Positions 11,497-24,380 of a stretch of 64,000 nt of DNA are shown one piece after another. The DNA comes from Octopus sinensis. Taxonomy: Eukaryota. Where the stretch lies: assembly GCF_006345805.1 (NCBI RefSeq), contig NC_043014.1, positions 30,690,001 to 30,754,000 of the forward strand, in the 5' to 3' direction. A program made the position numbers and the translations under genes. Every line of letters begins with the position of its first letter. The first letter of the stretch is position 1. The notes beneath the pieces were generated by a model. It worked only from the letters and a program-made list of their open reading frames with translations, searched no databases and was not told where the DNA came from.

Positions 11497-12584
11497 CTGA
11501 AATATGTATTTTAACAATTGTTAGAATTCTCTCATTAAATCTATTTGATAACAACAACAGCAACAAGGGTATAAAACTAAATCATCATCATCATCCATTT
11601 TCCATGCTGGCATGGGTTAGACAGTTTGATTGGAGCTGGTGAGTTGTACCAGCCTCCAGTCTGTTTTGGCTTGGTTTCTACAGCTGGATGCCCTTCCTAA
11701 TGCCAACCACTCTACAGAGTGCACTGGGTGTCTTTTATGTATCACCAACAAAGGTATTCTTTATGTGTCACCAGCAGAGGTGCCATTCACACGCCACCCA
11801 CACTAGCTACAACCACGATTTCACTTAGCTTGACATGTCTTCTCAAGCACAGCAATTCACCAGAAGTCTCACCCACTTATCATCACCTCCATGAGGCTCA
11901 ACATCCCAGAACTAAATATCTAAAAATATTTTGGCCTAGTACTTAAGCAACTGGAATGTTACAGAGGAGAGCAATGCTCACTACACTTCCTAACACCGGG
12001 ATAGGGTAAATACATGAAACAGATAAAGAAGCCGTTGGTGGTAAAGATAAAGATTATGATGATAAGAACAGTATCACTGATAGGAATAAAGATGTGTGTT
12101 GATGTTGTTGTGGTTAAGTACAAGCTGAGCTAGGACTTAACAACTAATAAAAATAGTAAAAGTGCTGGTAGAGCAGTTAGGTAATAGGAATAAGAATGCT
12201 GTAAGTTGAATGGACAATAATCATAATGATCATCATCATCATCATCATCGTTTAATGTCCGTTTTCCATGCTAGCATGGGTTGGACGATTTGACTGAGGG
12301 CTGGCAAACCAGATGGCTGCACCAGGCTTCAATCTTGATCTGGCAGAGTTTCTACAGCTGTATGCCTTTCCTAACGCCAACCACTCCGAGAGTGTAGTGG
12401 GTACTTTTACGTGCCACTGTCATGGGGTCAGTCAGGCGGTACTGGCAACAACCTCACTCGAATCTTTTACACATGCCACCGGCACAGGTGCCAAATGCTG
12501 ATGATGGTGGTGATACTGACGAGGATGACAATGATGATAGTGATGACGGTGTTGTGGATGACGATAACAATCAAATTTTTTTAA

Positions 12585-12900
12585 GGCACTCTGTCAGTTA
12601 CAACGATGAGGGTTCCAGTTGATCTGAACAAGGGAACAGCCTGCTAATGAAATTAACATGCAAGTGGCTGAGCACTCCACAGACATGCATACCCTTAACA
12701 TAGTTGTCTGGGAGGTTCAGCATGACACAATGTGACAAGGCTGGACCTTTGAATTACAGATACAATTTATTTTTACGAGATGAGTGGGCTGGAACAATGC
12801 GAAATAAGTGTCTTGCTCAAGAACACAACATGCTGATGGAAACTGAACTCATGCCCTTGCGATCGTGAGCCAAATACCCTAACCACTAAGCTACGTGACT
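12585..12900 (-). mobile_element. tRNA-headed SINE family F. Also 49075-49335(-); related head at 32292(+)
   Basis: tagtggttaggg...ttgagcaagacactt head/core with a gtctgtggagtgctcagccacttgca tail. Confidence 0.75.
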
Positions 12901-13630
12901 TCGATAATAACAATGATGATGATGATGAACACAAGAAACAATGAAATAAAATGATCAGGGCTACAAAGGGCATAAACACATGACACCGATTACTCCTAAT
13001 AGTATTAATCAATAGTACCTCATAAAATACCAATTCTACAAGAAATATGAAGAGCAAGAATATAAGGAACATTGTAAATCCCATACTGCTCACTGGTTCT
13101 ACTGAGTAATTAAGAATACTTATTAATTCTATCAGGAGCATAAAGAGCATCTGATTTTAACAGGGGTATAAAGAGCAGTGTAAATCATACTACACAATAC
13201 TAATTCTATAAAGAACATATAAAGATCAGTCAACATTACACCACAGAACACAGAAGAATATGAGCAATGTGAATCACACTACAGAATATTAATTGTATCA
13301 GGCATATAAATGATTGGTGCAAATCACATCTCAGAATACTTTCCAACTCTAAAAGTCATACAAAATGCTAATTCTATCAGGAATATAACTCTTTCACATT
13401 TAGATTACTCTGTCAAGTATAATATTTATTTATTCACAATATTTTGAATGATTTATGCACTGTCTTGTAGCTTCAAGATTTTGATGATGTGACTGTATTT
13501 GTAGAGTAGGTGTGGGAGGCCAGATCTAGCCATTTTGAACATAAAACAGGTAGAATATTTGGGTCAGATATGGCCAATTTAAGTGCTAAAGACATAAAGA
13601 CCATCATAAATTACACCACAGAACACTTAC

Positions 13631-13754
13631 CAATTCTATCAAACAGTTCACCACCGCAGGCATACTCCAGAAACATGAACTGCTGATCTCCAGCTGTGCG
13701 GCTCCCATAAAAGCGGATTACATTGTCATGTTTCAGGAGTTTGTGAATTGCAAT
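13631..13754 (-). CDS. CHEK1: CHK1 coding exon 3 (IAIHKLLKHDNVIRFYGSRTAGDQQFMFLEYACGGELFDRI)
   Basis: ttacag acceptor and GTAAGT donor. Hinge motif LEYACGGELFDRI is typical of CHK1. 124 nt. Confidence 0.96.
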
Positions 13755-13907
13755 CTGTAAGAAAAGATTAAAAGATTAATACCTGTTCATAATTTTTTAT
13801 TTTTTTTATTTTTAGGTTATCAAGCGAAGATAAGATCAGTATTGGTAGAGCATCAAATAAAATACCCTGTAGTATTTACAGGCCTTTATGTTCTAAGTTC
13901 AGTGGAG

Positions 13908-14185
13908 GTACATGGCCTAGTGGTTAGAGCAACGGACTTGCGGTTGAGGGATCACAGGTTCGAATCTCAGACCGGGCGATGTGTGTGTTTATGAGCGAAA
14001 CACCTAAGCTCCACGCAGCTCCGACAGAAGGTAATGACGAACTTCTGCTGACTCTTTCGCCACAACTTTCTCTCACTCTTTCCTCCTGCATCTTGCAGCT
14101 CACCTGCGACAGATCAGCGTCCAGTCCAGGTGGGAAACTAGGACACCGGCCCTATGAGCCAGGCATGGCTTGAGAAGGAACAAAC
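13908..14185 (+). mobile_element. tRNA-headed SINE family D. Same head and core at 14705-15050(-) and 28670-28975(-)
   Basis: A box TGGCCTAGTGG and B box GGTTCGAATC. Core ctctttcgccacaactttctctcactctttc. Confidence 0.85.
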
Positions 14186-15641
14186 ATGTTTTAAGTTCAA
14201 ATTTCTTCCAGGTCCACTTTCCCTTTCATCCTTCCAAGGTTACTGAAATAAGTTGCATCAGAAAACTGTTTCAAACAACACTATAGAAGAAAGTAACATA
14301 ATAGAGACAGCCTCACATACAATATACGAAAACTCAAACTGAAGCAAAACTACTGCAGAACCGATCACACAAGAAACAAACAAAGCAGGAAAGCAAATCC
14401 AAAATACACAAAGAAAAAAAGCAAAACCCTGAAAAGATTATGGAAACCATAAAAGCTCCCATAGAAACATTTAACCAAATACACAGGCACAGTGAAAGTA
14501 TGCTCCAGCTGCCACACTTAACAGGATACAGAATAAAAACACATCACAAAAAAAATCAGAGTTAACATTGAAGAACCTAACAGAAACAGTAAAAAAATAT
14601 ATATAAGAGAACATTACAAAAGCAATGAACATCTTCAAATGACTAAACAGTTCTATAAAAGAATAAGCATAAAAGGCGCTTACAAGAAATTCTTTCCAAA
14701 GTTTTGTTGGCACTCTGTCGGTTACGATGACGAGGGTTCCAGTTGAACCGATCAATGGAACAGCCTGCTCGTGAAATTAACGTGCAAGTGGCTGAGCACT
14801 CCACAGACACGTGTACTCTTAACGTAGTTCTTGGGATATTCAGCGTGACACACAATGAGACAAGGCTGGCCCTTCGTAATACAGGTATAACAGAAACAGG
14901 AAGAAAGAGTGAGAGAAAGTTGTGGCGAAAGAGTACAGCAGGGTTCGCCACCCCTCACCCCTGCCAGAGCCTTGTGGAGCTTTAGGTGTTTTCGCTCAAT
15001 AAACACTCACAACGCCCGGTCTGGGAATCGAAACCGCAATCCTATTACCATGTGTCCGCTTTCCATAGATACTAACTGCCCAAATATCAATTTCAAATTT
15101 TGGCACAAGGCCACTAAGTTCGGGCGAAGAGGACAAGTCGATTACATCAACCCCAGTGTTCAACTAGTACTTATTTTATTGACCCCAAAGGGATGAAACA
15201 CTGAGTTGACCTTGGCAGAATTTGAACTCAGAACATGAAGACGGATAAAATGCCACTAAGCCTTTTGTCCAGCACAGTAACGATTCTGCCAGCTCGTTGC
15301 TTTTAACTGCCCAAATATCAAGCTGAATAAGTTGATTTATTCAGTACCACTGGTAGTATGCAGGGAGAATTGGGTTTTATTTTAACCCTTTAACAGTTAG
15401 ATGACTCTGTCAACTGTAATGCTTATTTAGTTACATTATTTTGAACTAATCATACATTATCTTGTAGCTTTGAGATTTTGACTGATGTGATTGTAGGGTA
15501 AGTATGAGAGTCAGGATCTGGCCAGCTTGAACATAAAACAGGAAGAATATATATGGCCAGTTTAAATGCTAAAGGGCTAACAGAAATAGAAACTCAGCCA
15601 AACCTCACCCAATCAAAAATGGAAAGAAATTAACAACTCAC

Positions 15642-15741
15642 CTCTTTTCTAACACTTTCTCTTGCATGGATATCTTTTTTGAGATTAATAAACTTCACTG
15701 CCACTTCTTCATTTGTTGTAGTATTTACAGCCAATTTCACT
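15642..15741 (-). CDS. CHEK1: CHK1 coding exon 2 (VKLAVNTTTNEEVAVKFINLKKDIHARESVRKE)
   Basis: tttcag acceptor and GTGAGT donor. Contains the VAVK catalytic lysine and the helix-C glutamate. Phase-compatible with both neighbours. 100 nt. Confidence 0.95.
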
Positions 15742-16349
15742 CTGAAACCAATTCATACATGTTATCAATAACTTTGCAAAGTGTAGGACAGTTTAAATTA
15801 ATTATTTCACAAGAAATATAATTTTTTCTCATTTTCATTTCCTTCTTTCAGGGTACTCAAAGATAGTAATGGTTAAATATAACATTTTGTTCTTTTTGAG
15901 GGGGTGAGAAGAAATTTTAAAAATTACACCTTGCTACATTGATTAAGAAAGCGATATATGAATGTGTATATAAAACAGGCAAAAGAAAAAAAATCTTTTT
16001 CTTATGGGTAATTTTCCAACTTATTTCCACTTTAAATAAGTACAAAAACTATAATAATATTGTGTAACACAATTTCTGTTCTTGGGTAGCAACTGTTATT
16101 TCCTATCTGTTTATCTCTAGAACGTATGAAAAATGGCTAATTTTTCCTTCAGGCTTCCTTTAGATTTCTAGATAGAAGCAAATAGGAAATAACACTTACT
16201 GACTAAAGACTAATAAAATAAAAAATTTTAATTTTGTTACACAGTGATAATTGTTGGTCTTTTGCACAATAAAATTTATAATCATATTGAAAAGTGCTAT
16301 AAAATATTCACTTTCCTATAATGATGTCTGTGTTCATGTAAACTTTTGG

Positions 16350-16780
16350 AAACATCAATTGATACATTATTTACATTTGATGGATATTTGTCCTCATCTT
16401 TGTTGTTAACACGTTTCAGCTGATAAACCCTCCAGCCGTCATCAAGTATCCTGGGGAAATTTTGAACCTGGGTTCTCATTCCTAAGGTATTTTTCGATGT
16501 TGTTGTTGTTATTATTAATATTATTATTATTATTATTATTATATGCCCACGGGCATATGGCATAGTGGTTAAGAGCGCCCACTACTAACCCCAAGATTTC
16601 GAGTTCAATTCCAGGCGGTGACCTGAATCATAATAACATCGAAAAATAACCTTAAGAATGAGAACCCAGATTCAAAATTTCCCCAAGACACCTGTTGAAG
16701 GCTGGAGGGTATATCAGCCGAAACGTGTTAACAATAAACAAGATGAGGACAAATATCTGTCAAATGTAAATAATGTATGT
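16350..16780. mobile_element. Head-to-head dimer of a tRNA-headed repeat with a hammerhead-like 3' region
   Basis: 16350-16548 (-) and 16551-16780 (+) share ~170 nt. Central palindrome atatgccc-ac-gggcatat. Confidence 0.85.
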
Positions 16781-17275
16781 AATTCCTCATCTCTTAAATA
16801 TAGAACTGTAACATCAATTGATGTCCACTGTTTAACAGTTAAGTTGTAATATTAGGTAGGATTGAGCATTTTAATATATAGTAGCCTTATTTATGAGGGG
16901 AGTTAACTTTGAGAAAGGTACTCAGCATTAATGTGTGTATGCATGGATACACATCTTTACTAGTAATTAGTACAAATTACAAGTAAATAGATGTTCTTTA
17001 TGTGGATATTTACAAGGTTACTTGACCTGCTAAAAATACCATTTAAATCACTTCATAAGATCACACTGAATAGCATAAACGTATCCTACAAATGACAGCT
17101 ATTGTTTCCTGCATGATAGAGGAATATGAGAAGTAACAAGGGATATAACAAATGGTGAGATACAGTGCTGCTTTTAAGTATAGGTTTGCTTGGCCAGCTG
17201 GGGCAAAGTATACCATCTGCTAATCATGACTGTTGTGCTAAAACAGTGAGGCTAACCTCTTTAAGATAGACCTTA

Positions 17276-17390
17276 ACTATTGTTAATAAAAGAATCCAGC
17301 ATAATAATAAACTATTATTAACTATTGTTAATAAAAGAATAAATAATAATAAACCATTATCAACTATTGTTAATAAAAGAAACCAGATCT
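17276..17390. repeat. Short tandem repeat, ~42-45-bp unit x 2.5
   Basis: aactattgttaataaaagaa occurs three times. Confidence 0.85.
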
Positions 17391-17838
17391 GTATAGACTG
17401 GGTTATAACTGATACTTTCTTTTGAGAATTCAATAACAAGTCTATTCTGTGTAAGAGATCTCCAGCAGAGCATCTCACCACTTTCATTCTCCCTTCTAAA
17501 TGTGAGTAGCTGTACAGCTCCCCTGCAATATGAAACCTATTCTGTTCTGAACACTTCTCTCTCACTCTAACTTCCTCAACACCACCACCATTGCATAGCA
17601 AAAGTTGTCTCCCTCTCTGTTGTAGCTCCACTGTCTGTCCAATGGGATCTTAGTCAAATAGATAATAAACATTATCTTGATCATTTTACCTTCTACTTTT
17701 CCATGTTTGTATAGGTCAGATGAGAGCATGCCAGATAAAGTCCTTATGGCCAGATGCCTTTAATGTTGCCAACTCACTCTTGCTTTCAAGTGAGGTAATA
17801 CTCTTCCAGTCTACTGAACAAAAAGCAGCTTTGACATA

Positions 17839-19020
17839 CAGTAGAACCTTGCAGTATGAGTGCACCATTGTACAAGTAATTTGCTGTACGAGTGGAAATC
17901 TGTAGTATGAGTGAGATTCATACAAATGATTGCCAGTCAGTGCTGAGCTCTCACACACTCTCCCAACAAGTGTGGTCTCTGCTTGGTCAGTTCACGTGTT
18001 TATCATGTGGCAACATCCCTGTTATGCTTTTCCCAGTGTTTTTGTTTAGTTTTGTGCATTTTTTGCTATTATTTTATAATAATTAGTTGTATTAGCCATG
18101 GGTCCTAAGAATGTTAGGGCTGAGAAGAAAAAGCTGATTATGATAGAATTGAAGAAGGAAATCATTGATAAACATGAGAGAGGAGTGTGCATAGTGGACA
18201 TAGCACGTTGACAATCTGCACCACCCTGAAGAAAAAGGATGAGATCAAGGCCATTACAACAGCAAAGGGTGTCTCCATGCTCTCTAAGCAAAGGATGGAA
18301 AAATTGCTTCTCCTGTGGATCAACGAGAAGCAACTGCAGGGGATACAATTACAGAGACCATCATCTGTGAGAAAGCACAAGTGCTGTATGGGGGATCTCC
18401 TGAAGCAGAATCTGGGATCATCAATGGAGGAGACATCAGCAGATATATTGAAGACCAGTCATGGCTGGTTCGATAATTTCAAGAAGAGGACTGGCATTCA
18501 TAGCGTCATCAAGTATGGAGAAGCAGCGAGTTCTGTCACAAAAGCAACCAAAAATTTCATGCGTGAACTCCATTAACTCATTTCAGCCGAGGGGTACACC
18601 GCACAACAGGTATTCAACTGTAATGAAACTGGCCTTTTTGGGGAAAAAATGCCCACGAGAACCTACAGAGGAGAAGAAAATGCCGGGCCACAAGCCTATG
18701 AAAGATAGGCTAACTCTTGCTCTTTGTGACAATGTGAGTGGAGACTTGAAAATTAAGCTGTTCCTTGTCTACCATTCTGAAAACCCACGAACATTCAAGT
18801 CACACAAAATCCTGAAGGAGAAACTGTAAGTTATGTGGAGGGCAAAAGTTTAAGCTTGTGTCCAGGCAATTCTTCTCCGAGTGAGTCAACCCTGTCTTCG
18901 GACCACCAGTGAAAAAGTATCTTCTGGAGAACAATCTTCCTCTCAGGGTCTACCTCATCCTCAACAATGCTCTTGCTCACCCTTCTTGATCTTGAAGCGG
19001 ATATCCTGAATGAATTTAAA
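17839..19020 (+). mobile_element. Tigger/pogo DNA transposon remnant (CENP-B-like HTH + DDE), 3'-truncated
   Basis: TA|CAGTAGAACC left end. ATG 18098 MGPKNVRAEKKK...KKEIIDKHERG; SHGWFDNFKKRTGI; QVFNCNETGLF; PGHKPMKDRLTL. Frameshifted. Confidence 0.88.
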
Positions 19021-19327
19021 TTTATAATAGGAGGCATAGGAGTGGCTGTGTGGGAAGTAGCTTGCTTACCAACCACATGGTTCCAGGTTCAGTCCCACTG
19101 CGTGGCACTTTGGGCAAGTGTCTTCTAATATAGCCTCGGGCCAACCAAAGCCTTGAGTGGATTTGGTAGACGGAAACTGAAAGAAGCCCGTCGTATATAT
19201 ATATATATATGAAAGCAGACATAAAATGATGGGGATGATGAAACTTATACATCCATACTTCACCATCCTAGTTCTATTAAGATCGAAATAACAGACAATG
19301 GTAATGGTCAATTACAAGAATACTTAC

Positions 19328-19392
19328 TCTCCATAAGCACCTTCTCCAAGAGTCTGTACTAAATCCCAGCCTTCAATAAAAGAGGATACCAT
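19328..19392 (-). CDS. CHEK1: Checkpoint kinase 1, first coding exon (MVSSFIEGWDLVQTLGEGAYG(E))
   Basis: ATG at 19392-19390, 4 nt after a cag acceptor (19399-19397), so a non-coding exon lies upstream. Encodes the Gly-rich loop GEGAYGE. GTAAGT donor at 19327. 65 nt coding. Confidence 0.95.
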
Positions 19393-20304
19393 TTTCCTGG
19401 TAAGAAGAATAAAGAATAAAAAAAATTAGAAGTAAAAACAAACTAATTATATTAGGTATCACTATAGAACGACATACAATGGAAAAAAGCACAGTTTGAA
19501 CACACAGAAACACTTTTTGCTTCATTTTCATGTCAAAATAAATATTTCCCAAGGAAAATTATATATCATTTGAAAGTTCTGGATGTGAACCTTCTTGCAT
19601 AGTTCTAATTAAAATCTGACAGTTACAAATCATATCAGGGTCCCTCAAACACCCTGGTATTTCCACACATTTACAACGTTTGTCCCATATTTCTTTGACT
19701 ACTGAACAGTAGCCCTCATTCTAGTTCAATGTGCTCAAGTGTCATAGCTGAAGTTGTATTAAAAATCATACTGTCATAAGGAGGAAACTTTTCACTTTAT
19801 TTTTATATAAAAATCGATGGGAGTAGGTCAGATATTTGTCATGAAATATAAAAGTTAAAATTCCATTGTTAATTTCCACTTAGAAAAGGACATATTTTCT
19901 TTGATATTTTATATCATATGAAAAAAAATTTCTTATGGAATTTATATAGTTATAAATAATTCTGGCCACGATATGGTGAAAAAGCGCAAAGTCACTAAAG
20001 AGGGTGGTATACTCACCCTACTTGCCAAACTGATGTATTCATGTGCGGTGAAAGATCAATTGGAACACAAATCCAAGGTTTCAAATATCAAGTTTGAGCC
20101 AGGATTTCAGGAAATGAATGAACTAATTACTAAGTAAACATATTTATACAAAAAATGCACTAAATTGAGTTTAATAAGACTTCTAGATCCCAAACTTAGC
20201 ATGAAATTGTTGTATTGGGAATGTTTTTTTCCTCTTGCTGTTTTAACATGTGGCAAACCTAGTGGATATTCTTGCAGATGTAAATTTCATTTGCTTTGAG
20301 AAAT

Positions 20305-21170
20305 CATCATCATCGTCATCATTTAACATCCATTTTCAATGCTGGCATGGGTTGGATGGTTTGACTGGGGACTGCACCAGGCTCCAATCTGATCTGACAA
20401 GGTTTCTGCAGACTTGGTCACCTAGGTAGCGGACACTATCAACTACTTCTAATTTCTCCCCCTGGCATGTGATGGAATCTGTTTTCTGAACATCTTTGGT
20501 GCTTATTGTCCCTGTGCATCTGCCGTACACAAAAACTATCCCGATTAATTTTCCTTTTATGTTGCTGCACCTCTTATGCGTCCATAGCTTACACTGGGTA
20601 CATCTTATGGAGTTTCTACCTACACCTTTCCTACTAATCGAGCAGGGCCATCTACTTGAAGGGGTCTGTGATTTGTTCGCCTTCCTCTTACTAGGACTTT
20701 GGTTTTTGCAGCATTGACTCTAAGGCCCTTCGATTCTAAACCTTGCTTCCACACCTGAAATTTCTTCTCTAGTTCTGGTAGTGATTCAGCTATGAGAGCA
20801 AAGTCATCAGCATAAAGGAGCTCCCAGGGGCGGCCTGTCTTGAATTCCTGTTATTACTTGGAGAACTATAAAGAATAAGAGGGGCTGAGAACTAATCCTT
20901 GGTGAACCCTTACTTCTACTTAGAATTCTTCACTGTACCCATTGCTGGCCCATACCTTACTGACAGCATCCCTGTACAGCTCTTACCAACTTCTCATCAA
21001 TCCCTAATTTCAGCATCGCCCACCCGATAAGCCAAATATAGGGGTTTATCTTTGGCTAGGTATTTTCCTGCAGTTGCCTTACCAGAAATATAGCATCAGT
21101 GGTGCTTCTACCTGGCACAAAACCGAACTGCATCTCATCTAGGCTGACTCTCTCTAATTAGTTGGGCTAT
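20305..21170 (-). mobile_element. Decayed RTE fragment (RT/PHD region joined to the 3' terminus)
   Basis: Reverse complement gives QFGFVPGRST, GRPWELLYADD and GRWPCSISRKGVGRNSIRCTQCKLWTHKRCSNIKGKL; ORF track GEKLEVVDSVRYLGDQV. Confidence 0.9.
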
Positions 21171-21320
21171 GAAATTTTTACCATTAAGACTATTCTGCAG
21201 AGATCTGAATAAGTGGAAATCCAAAGGAGCAATATCTAGTGAATATGGAGGATGGGGTAACACATCCCAGCCGAGCTGCAGCAACTTTTGTCTAGTTCCC
21301 AAAGCATCAAGTGCCGTGAA
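21171..21320 (-). mobile_element. Mariner transposase fragment
   Basis: Reverse complement encodes TRQKLLQLGWDVLPHPPYSLDIAPLDFHLFRSLQNSLNGKNF (mariner YSPDLAP.D region). Confidence 0.8.
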
Positions 21321-21600
21321 TGAACTTTCTTATTTTCCATTTTAAAGGGTTATAGAATTAACACAGATTATAGGAACATAAACCTTCTTCCACGAAACGA
21401 TAGCTTAAACTGTGCTCTAAATGGAGGTGTAGTCAAATCCTATTTTATGGACTCAACCATGTTCTAAAATAGGTTGAAAGGTAAGCTACTATAAATCGGC
21501 ACGAACTTTCCAGACAGCCCAATCGAATAGAAGCTTAGACTTCAGTATACTTGCCAAACTAGTTTAGTTAATGAACACCAGTAGATGTAGGAAATTTTAA

Positions 21601-21732
21601 CCATTTAGCATTTAAACCAGCCATATCCGGCCCAAATATTCTACCTGTTTAATGCTCAAACTAGCCAGATCTGGTCCCTGGCACCTACCATATAATGTCC
21701 TAAAAATACACAATCACCTGAATGCTAAAGGG
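21601..21732 (+). mobile_element. piggyBac-type MITE. Family copies at 37723-37942 (+) and 7855-8052, 13388-13591, 15386-15576 (opposite orientation)
   Basis: TTAA on both flanks. Termini CC(C/A)TTTAGCATT...AATGCTAAAGGG with a shared internal sequence. Confidence 0.8.
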
Positions 21733-23988
21733 TTAAAGTTTTAGATAATAAATTTATTCAGAAAAATTACTCTGGACGCCATCCACATTGTTCTGGGTTC
21801 AGTCTCATTGTGTGGCACCTTGGGCAAGTGTCTTCTACTACAGCTTCGGGTTGACCATAGCTTTGTAATTAGATTTGGTAAGCAGAAACTGAAAGAAATC
21901 GGTCGTATGTGTGTGTTTGTCCACCACCACCACTTAACACCCGGTGTTGGTTTGTTTACGTCCCCGTAACTTAGAGGGTTCGGCAAAAGAGACTGATAGA
22001 ATAAGTACCGAGCTTTAAAAAATAGTTCCCGAGGTCGATTTGTTCGACTAAAAATTCCTCAAGGCGGTGCCCCAGTATGGCCGCAGTCTAATTACTGATA
22101 CAAGTAAAAGATAAAATATTTAATGTCGTTAGGAATAATAAAAAATACTTATGTAGTGAAGCAAAAGATATTAACATTTAAAACGTCAATTACTAATAGT
22201 ATTTTAATTATTCCTACAAAATCGAGAAACAACTTGAACATGTTTCGCCCTTTATTTGACGTCTTCAGCAAATCAAAACTATGCTGTATTACAAGTAAGT
22301 GTCGAAGTGGTGATTAGACCGCCAACAGAGCACATATAGCATCGATTATCCGAAGTTAACACTGCTTATATGCTTGCGATGTAATTTAACTTTTCCTACA
22401 TGAATCGTTTTATTCATTGTTTTATACTTAACAAAAGAGGAAGGGGAATCACGCTTCCGTCTGTATGAAGTGAAAAAAATCATTAATAAATTAAGAACTT
22501 ACACTAAATGTCCTATAGTAGACTACTGTTCTAGTCACTAAAATAACTATGTCGATATATTGATTTAGCATGAGATTGTATGATCATTCCTTACTGATTG
22601 TGAGTTAGTGATATGAATGAAGATACTTTAAAAAAAAATATTTAAAAATATTGTAGTTAAAAAAAAAAATTGGGCGAAAGTAATTTAATACGCACACCAG
22701 GTGTTTAGGGTTAGGGTTTAGAATTAGGGATTTTTGTTACAACGAAAACAGGTGGTGTGCGTATTCTTTACCGCCGCCAAAAAATTGCTTGAACATCATT
22801 ACCATTGCAGTGTAAGCTTTCACTTTTAGTTGCTAAAAATAGCAGTCGAATCTTCCCTCAAATAAACAAACAGATAATACGATTAAACTTTTTGTCAACT
22901 TGAATTTCAGGACGAAATTATTCAAGTCGTTATTATTTATTTAGCCTTTAAAATTTATTTAATTTAGTGATAGACATTATTTCGAAATTTCTTTTCTTAT
23001 ACCGATTCATGAGCTTCTTTTCATGTTTATCTAGTATAATTCAGTTATTGATTTACCATTTTTCACTTAATAATAAATGTTCAGGTTGGACAATGGCTAC
23101 ATGAATCAGTCTCACCAGTTTAGGAGAATTCTGTAAGAGTCACAAGAGCTTCCCTCCTCTGATTAACTCTACTGAAAAATAATAATCTACAATAATAAAA
23201 AACAAACTTATAGTTGCGGATCCAGGACATAATAAATAAGCATCGAAAGCTTACAGAGTTATTAATAAATATATTTTCATAACAATTTTCCAATTCTTTT
23301 TTCAGTAGTTACCCAAAATATATTTTCGCAATAAAAATTAAAATCTTCAGCGTCACTGTTCAGGTTTTTGTTTTTCATTCTTGGAGTCACGGGCAGAACT
23401 TCAGACATTCATTATTCAACAATTGTGAAGTTTTTTAGCCATGGGTCAACACATAGCGAGCAGGCGGCTTATGATCAAAGGCATTTGAGCTGTGACCATC
23501 TCGTCTTTATATATATATATATCTTGTGTCTAGGGAGGGTCATTATACCAATAATAAACACAAATAGTGATTCAATACAACTTCTTTATTTTTTGTGAAT
23601 CGGTTAAATGACCTACCCTAGACATAAGATTTGTTTCAACACACGAATTCACATGAAGAATTTTGCAAAATAAATACAAAACGATATATATATACACACC
23701 CATGTTGATGTTCTGACAGTAACAAAAGAAAAACAGAAAAAAGAACAAGAGAAATGATACTAAAGATATTACACAACTAAAATGAGATTTTAACCACTTT
23801 TTTTTTCTATTTTCTTCATTCTTTCTTGTTCATCTTACCTATTTATAAAACCTATAAACATCACAAGTTGTAAAAATAGTTTTGAATCATCTAGTCAACT
23901 TCTTTCGTTCATTGTCTTAGCCTCGATGGGGAAAAAGTAGGGAGAAGTTTATTTATATTTTCATTACATTTCATTTAACTAACATTTC

Positions 23989-24380
23989 AATTAAAGCAAG
24001 GATGAAAACTTATCTCATAAAAGTAATTTGGGGGACCTTGTAACTTCCTTTAATGCAGCACAAGTCCGATGTAATAGAAACGTTTAACAATTCAAAGGAT
24101 CTAAAACTTCGTAGGTAAACATAACAAAAGTTACTAGAAAGATGAAATATGTAAACAGTAAGCTTGTAACTCAGAAGACAGAGATAATAACAACGTTGTA
24201 AATAATAAATTTAGTGATGATTTTCAACAAATTAAGACATGTTATTTCTTACCATTTTTACCAGTACTTACAAAATATTTCGATTTCTCTATTACATCGG
24301 ACTTGCGCCACATTAAAGGAAGTTACAAGGTCCCCAAAATTACTTTTATGAGTTAGGAAGTTTTCAACCTTACTTTAATT
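23989..24380. mobile_element. MITE-like element with ~90-bp inverted arms
   Basis: ctcataaaagtaatttgggggaccttgtaacttcctttaatg...aagtccgatgtaatag is mirrored at ~24288-24352. Confidence 0.75.

Noticed and set aside
17224-17631. 135-aa minus-strand ORF with hydrophobic repeats
   Set aside because: Openness is explained by a 42-45-bp AT-rich tandem repeat. No recognisable domain or splice context.
22700-22730. TTAGGG-like repeats suggesting interstitial telomere (also ctaaccctaa at ~26180, ~32895)
   Set aside because: Only 2-3 degenerate units embedded in small inverted-repeat elements.
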